A DNA stretch of 64,000 bases from Mesotaenium endlicherianum (lineage: Eukaryota), in contig WELA01002856.1 in assembly GCA_009602735.1 (NCBI GenBank), forward strand, positions 1-64,000, given 5' to 3'. A program made the position numbers and the translations under genes. Of the stretch, positions 59,454 through 64,000 are shown piece after piece. The notes beneath the pieces were generated by a model. The model worked only from the letters and a program-made list of their open reading frames with translations, was not told the DNA's origin and did not search any database. Each line of letters starts with the position of its first letter. Within the stretch, counting starts at the first letter, position 1.

Positions 59454-61973
59454 GTTTATAAAGTGCATTTTTGAGTATCATGAAAGTATGTTTTGATTGT
59501 ATAGTAGTGTAGAGTGCATTTTGGTGGTCATTTTGATATAAAGTTCATCGAATTTGGTCAAGTATTGAGAGAGTTACGGATTTCTGAAGTTTAATTAGTT
59601 TTGAGGTCGGTTGACGACTGTCCTTAATTCGCGGTGAGCGCGACCGTCGGATTGACCGACAGCGTCGAGCGATCTGGCCCGTTAGAATGAACTCGAACCT
59701 TCACGTAAGTTCGGCTGACGCGGAGTGCCGACTAGGTCGATTTACCTAGAAGTTTCGGTTTAGCCTAGCGCGTCTAAGATAGAATATTCTAGTAATGTCG
59801 ATGCATGTATGTGGACGTCAATTCGGCCCGACACGTCAGATTAGACTGATCTGGCTTACTCACGAATATTCTGGAAGGGACGATTTGACGAACACTTAGG
59901 AAAATCCGTAGCTTCCTCCTAGGGAGGAGCACTTAGGCAGAAAATTATAAATAGGCATAACTTCTTTGTTTCTTATCAGTTTTCACTTCTGTAAATTTCT
60001 ACGGGTCTGTAATGACAAGGCNTTCACTTCTGTAAATTTCTACGGGTCTGTAATGACAAGGCCTTTCATCCTACATCATTTGTGAGCAGTTTCCTGCTAC
60101 TCAAAATGTTGAGTAATTTTCCTAAGCTTTGTTAGTGATATGCCGCTGCACTCTCTAGTATGATGGCAACTAGTTCCTTTCCTCGTGAGTCACTACGCTT
60201 CCACTAGGGCACTCTGCCCCTTTCACATTGTCTCTTAGCCTTGCTTATGTGTGAGTTTACTGATTGCATTATTGATGCTAGTTTACTACCATTTGACTTA
60301 CGACTATTGTCTACTGCTAGTGTGTTGTCTTTTGCTATTTAATCGATAAACAGAAAATACCATAAAGATTACTTGCTGATATAAAGATCTTCATTAATTG
60401 TTCATCGCCTTTTAGTAAGTCCATTCATTTCACATATACACTCACGCACCCTCACCCGCGAGTGGAAGCGTGCATGAGGACCTTTCCTAGTTGCATAGAG
60501 AAGGTGGAGTGGCCTGGTGGTATGCCACCCTTGCAAGAGTTAGAGGACTACATGAGAGAGGAGTGGAAAAGAATTCACTTTATTATGAAAAGTCGTGTAC
60601 AAAATAAGAAGGTTAGACTGACTAACTAGACTAGACTTCCTCCACTTCTTTTTGCTTTAGGGTTACTAGGGTTGCTTTTCCCATTTATGCCTCAACTCTA
60701 AGTGTCCTCTCTAGCAAAGTACCTCCAGAACCTTCTACTATGGCTCCTTCCATGTATGCGACCTTGCCTAGTTGGACAAGCTAGCACACTCACACGCACA
60801 CAATCACGCTCTATAATATTCTACTACACAATCCACTAACTCCTCACGGAGTTTCTAAAATTTCCATTATCACTTTGGCACTCTCCGTAATCATACGTAG
60901 TTTTTGGAACCCTCATGATTCAATGTTTTACTTTCTGGACTCCAACCAAAATTTTGTCACTGGACCTGTCCTTGTCACTAAATTGTGACTGTGACACTAA
61001 AAACTCACTAAAAATTCCCAAAATTCATAACTTTTTGAATACTTGTCCAATGACTTGAAATAAAGGCCAAAGTTCTTCTAAAATCACACTCTATGCATAT
61101 AAAATGCTAGAAAGATACGAACTACACTTCGATAACCTTATACGGGAGAGGATAATATGTGGTGCCCGTGAAAGGCACGAGTCTTGCTTGAAGCTGCCTC
61201 ATTCTGGCTCGTATTGCGTTTTCAAGAATGCTGAAAACACAGGTACAAGAGGACAGGAGAAGAAGGAACGCGAGGAAGAAGGAGTTCCCAAGGCCACAAA
61301 AGAGCCGAGACGCCACGCTTCTGCCGACGCTAGAAGATTTTTTCTCTAGTGTATCAAAAAAAGGTTAGACCTCAAGAGTTCCCAAGGAGGGATCTTGCTG
61401 GTAGAAGGTAGAGAGCTGCACAATAGAATCTGTTAGGAGGTTAGCACAGATTTGGGTCAAACACCACAAGCGTGCAAAAACCACTTAAAATGGTGAGTAC
61501 TGCGTTAGTTTCCAAGTTCTCGGAAGTCTCAGTTGTCGAATTGCTGATAGCATGAGTAGTATTAAAAATCTCAGTGAAGAACTGAGTGAGCCCAGCCAAG
61601 CAGTGAAGAATTGTTAAGGCGCGATGTTGAGTGAAGAGCTCAGACCAGGCTAGCATAGATGTGCAATTTCAGAGTTTTGTAAGCTCTGACTTCGTGAAAG
61701 TTAAGCGAAAGTCTTGAAGGGCGATTTTCTCTGTATCTGGCATTGCCTGTTAAGCTGCTTAGACGTGATTTCTGCAAACTACAAACTTGTTCAGTCTGTA
61801 AACCCTCAACTTGGGCGAAAGCCTGTGTGGAAGTAAGACGCTTCTGTCCTATTTCTGAGAACTTAAGTTGATTGGTTCAGGTGAACAAGAATTCCCAAGC
61901 CAGTTGGAGATAGAGGCCTGTGAAGGCTGCCGGTGTTCGACCTGGAAGGGGACCCGGAGAAATCCAACTGTAT

Positions 61974-62829
61974 ATGCGGTTGAGGAGTGGAAGACTCTAC
62001 CAGCCTGTAGAGCCTGCAGAAGATTCTGACTCTAGCCAGAGTCCACGAGGAAGTGAGACGTCCGAGCATACTGACAACCGGTGGAGTGAGCAACCGTCGA
62101 GAGACGAGTCTCGCCATATCTCCGCAAGCGATGAGAACCCGGATAACACACGAGCCTTTGCACCTGATTCGGGCAAAGAGCAAGACGTGTGGGGTAAAAT
62201 CAGTGAGTCCTAGTCACCGTTTACAATGGCCGATGATGATGGGGATGAAAATCCTACCTTCAAGCTGTCTGCAAAGTGTTTTTGCGGACACACCAGTGGA
62301 AACGATCTCACTTTTGAAGAGTTTGATGAGATCTAGTGAGCAGAATTCTTTGAGAAGATTCGGAAGGATTCTTCTTATACGCAATCTGTCGCAATCTTTC
62401 CAGTTGAGAATTGGCTCAGGGCAAGTCACCAAGTCTTGTGGGATTACTCGCAAGCCTGTGGAAATCACAGTAAATTCGGGGAAACCTGAAGAGGCGTCAC
62501 TACTCATGGAGTGCACAGTGACGGTGGCAGAGAACTATGATGTTCTTTTGGGAACAGAAGCACTGATTCCCTTGGGAATGGTCATTGATCTGCGAAAGCA
62601 AAGGGTGACTTACCAGTCAACAGATCAGCAGCCGGCAAGAGAAATTCCTGTGAAAATGGTTTGCACAGGAGAAGCAAACTACGGGCTGCTAGACTGCTGC
62701 GTTAACAATAGGTACCCAGAAGCCTGCGACAATATCATGAAACACGAAGAGGAAATCTATACGAGCATCAACATGCCAACACTTGGTATGGCAACCTCGG
62801 ATTATGGAGCAACTGGAAACTGTGAGTAA
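61974..62829 (+). pseudogene. Family A copy 2: gag N-terminus fused to the protease C-terminus by a ~1.8-kb deletion near 62390
   Basis: MRLRSGR...DVWGKISES matches copy 1 gag. The sequence jumps from SSYTQS to FQLRIGSGQ. Confidence 0.8.
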
Positions 62830-62954
62830 CAGGGACCGCGGCCCGCAAGAGCTGCTGCCAGTACCTTATCCAGTTACCTCTGCTCGAAACCTGATGCCGG
62901 GATTCGAGCCGCTGCCGCAAAGCATTGTCAGGATGGGAGATCCGTTTCGCAAAA

Positions 62955-63945
62955 GGGGAGTGGTGGTGTTGGAATTGTTTGCTGGACTTGGGTCTGGGAC
63001 CATAGCATTGATCCAGCGAGGGATAGAGGTGGCCAAAGTCCTGTATGTGGACAATGATGACCACGCTTTTCCAGCATTCAGAATAGTCATGAGTCAGATG
63101 CGGCAAATGCATCACTTTCAGGAGTTGGTGCCCCCATACTCCAATGTTGAGCGCATCGCTGGAGGCAACATTATCCATGTGAAGCCTGAAGACCTGTATG
63201 GCTACAGGATTGACTAAATCTTTGCTGGATTTTCTTGTCCGCCGTTTTCTCAAGGTGGGAACGAGAGGGGATTCAATGATCCAGGAGCACAACATTGGGG
63301 ATGGATGGTGAAAATCATCAGCATGCTGCGGGAACGTCAGCACTATCACCCACCAGTGTTTGTGATTGAGAACGTGCATCCAGGAATGGATTACAAGCAG
63401 ATGAAGCCGGGAGAGCCACGGCTGATTTTCGACTCTACCTTGGGTCATCATGTGCTAATCAACAACGCCAAGCACGGAGAATTTTCCCATAGGGCCAGAA
63501 TATTTTGGACCAACGGCTTGTCTATTGAGATCCTGAGAGAGATGGAGGACCTTACACGGCAATCATCGACGACATTGACAGTGGAAGAGGCGCTGGCAGT
63601 ACGTACCAGGCCAATAACCAGGAGGGATTCCTATCCACAGTGCGTCACCAACGAACCAGGTCAGCCAAGGGTGGTACTGCCTACCTTCACAGCGTATCCA
63701 AGATCTCGAGTCTTCATTGGAGGTGGACCAGGAATGGTCAAGGACATGCATAAAAGAGATGCCGTTTGGAGAGAGCCTACTGCGGTGGAGAAGGGAAACT
63801 GCCTTGGAATACCCGACACCATGACTCGGCAGATAGTCGATGCTGTAGGGTCAGATGAAGCTGCGAAGATTTTCGGCAACATGATTGGACAACACTCTAT
63901 GACTTGGCTGGTGGAGACAATCATGACGTGGCAGCAATTGACCTT
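62955..63945 (+). pseudogene. C5 cytosine DNA methyltransferase domain of family A copy 2 (full motif set, one stop at 63215-63217)
   Basis: Motif I VLELFAGLG, motif II-like YVDND, AGFSCPPFSQGG, VIENV, HRARIFW, REPTAVEKG and KIFGN, all in one frame. Confidence 0.9.
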
Positions 63946-64000
63946 CACCAACAAGCCTATGCCGAGGCCAAGACCAGTGGCAATTGGGGCCAATGTGGTG

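Larger units (their letters stand above)
54177..60225 (+). mobile_element. Family C copy 2; LTRs 54177-54920 and 59441-60225
   Basis: CATTG TSD at 54172-54176 and 60226-60230. Near-identical LTRs. PBS at 54923-54934. PPT present. Confidence 0.97.
45569..60432 (+). mobile_element. Family E copy 2; 5' LTR 45569-46293, 3' LTR 53658-54176 plus 60231-60432 (split by C2)
   Basis: TSD CATAC/CATAT at 45564-45568 and 60433-60437. PBS at 46295-46306. Degenerate gag, pol and extra ORF. Confidence 0.92.
28647..61142 (-). mobile_element. LTR element D, apparently non-autonomous; 3' LTR 28647-29363, 5' LTR 45534-45568 plus 60438-61142
   Basis: CGGGA TSD at 28642-28646 and 61143-61147. PBS at 45531-45520. 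PPT next to 29364. The internal parts (29364-29780 and ~43150-45519) have no recognisable pol. Confidence 0.85.
28092..64000 (+). mobile_element. Family A copy 2 (diverged): repeat A at 28092-28646 and 61148-61850, split by element D; internal region runs off the window
   Basis: Starts TGTCACGAC at the position homologous to 9013. It is colinear with A1 on both sides of the CGGGA TSD and is followed by gag (MRLRSGR) and DNMT homologues. Confidence 0.88.

Overview
Eukaryotic, plant-like DNA. The host genes resemble land-plant orthologues, and a streptophyte alga is my inference. The first 7 kb hold two head-to-head genes: a 3-exon ANP32-like gene (minus strand) and the first four exons of an MBOAT lysophospholipid acyltransferase (plus strand), whose remaining exons I could not find in the window. 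From about 8.6 kb to the end the window is almost all nested transposons in two stacks. Stack 1 is a PIF/Harbinger MITE > family A > chromovirus B. Stack 2 is a second family A copy > non-autonomous D > two family E copies > two family C chromoviruses. Family A is the most unusual. It is a Ty3/Gypsy element whose polyprotein has a C5 cytosine DNA methyltransferase between protease and RT and a PHD finger after the integrase. It has no tRNA primer site but has a conserved Tf1-like self-priming duplex. Its repeats are split (A-internal-B-A-B), and the integrated ends map to a palindrome, GACA-GC-TGTC, inside the RT-defined LTR, which suggests integration from a circle cut at an internal site. 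Family E carries a ~534-aa orphan ORF downstream of pol. Identities are hand counts and no database searches were run.
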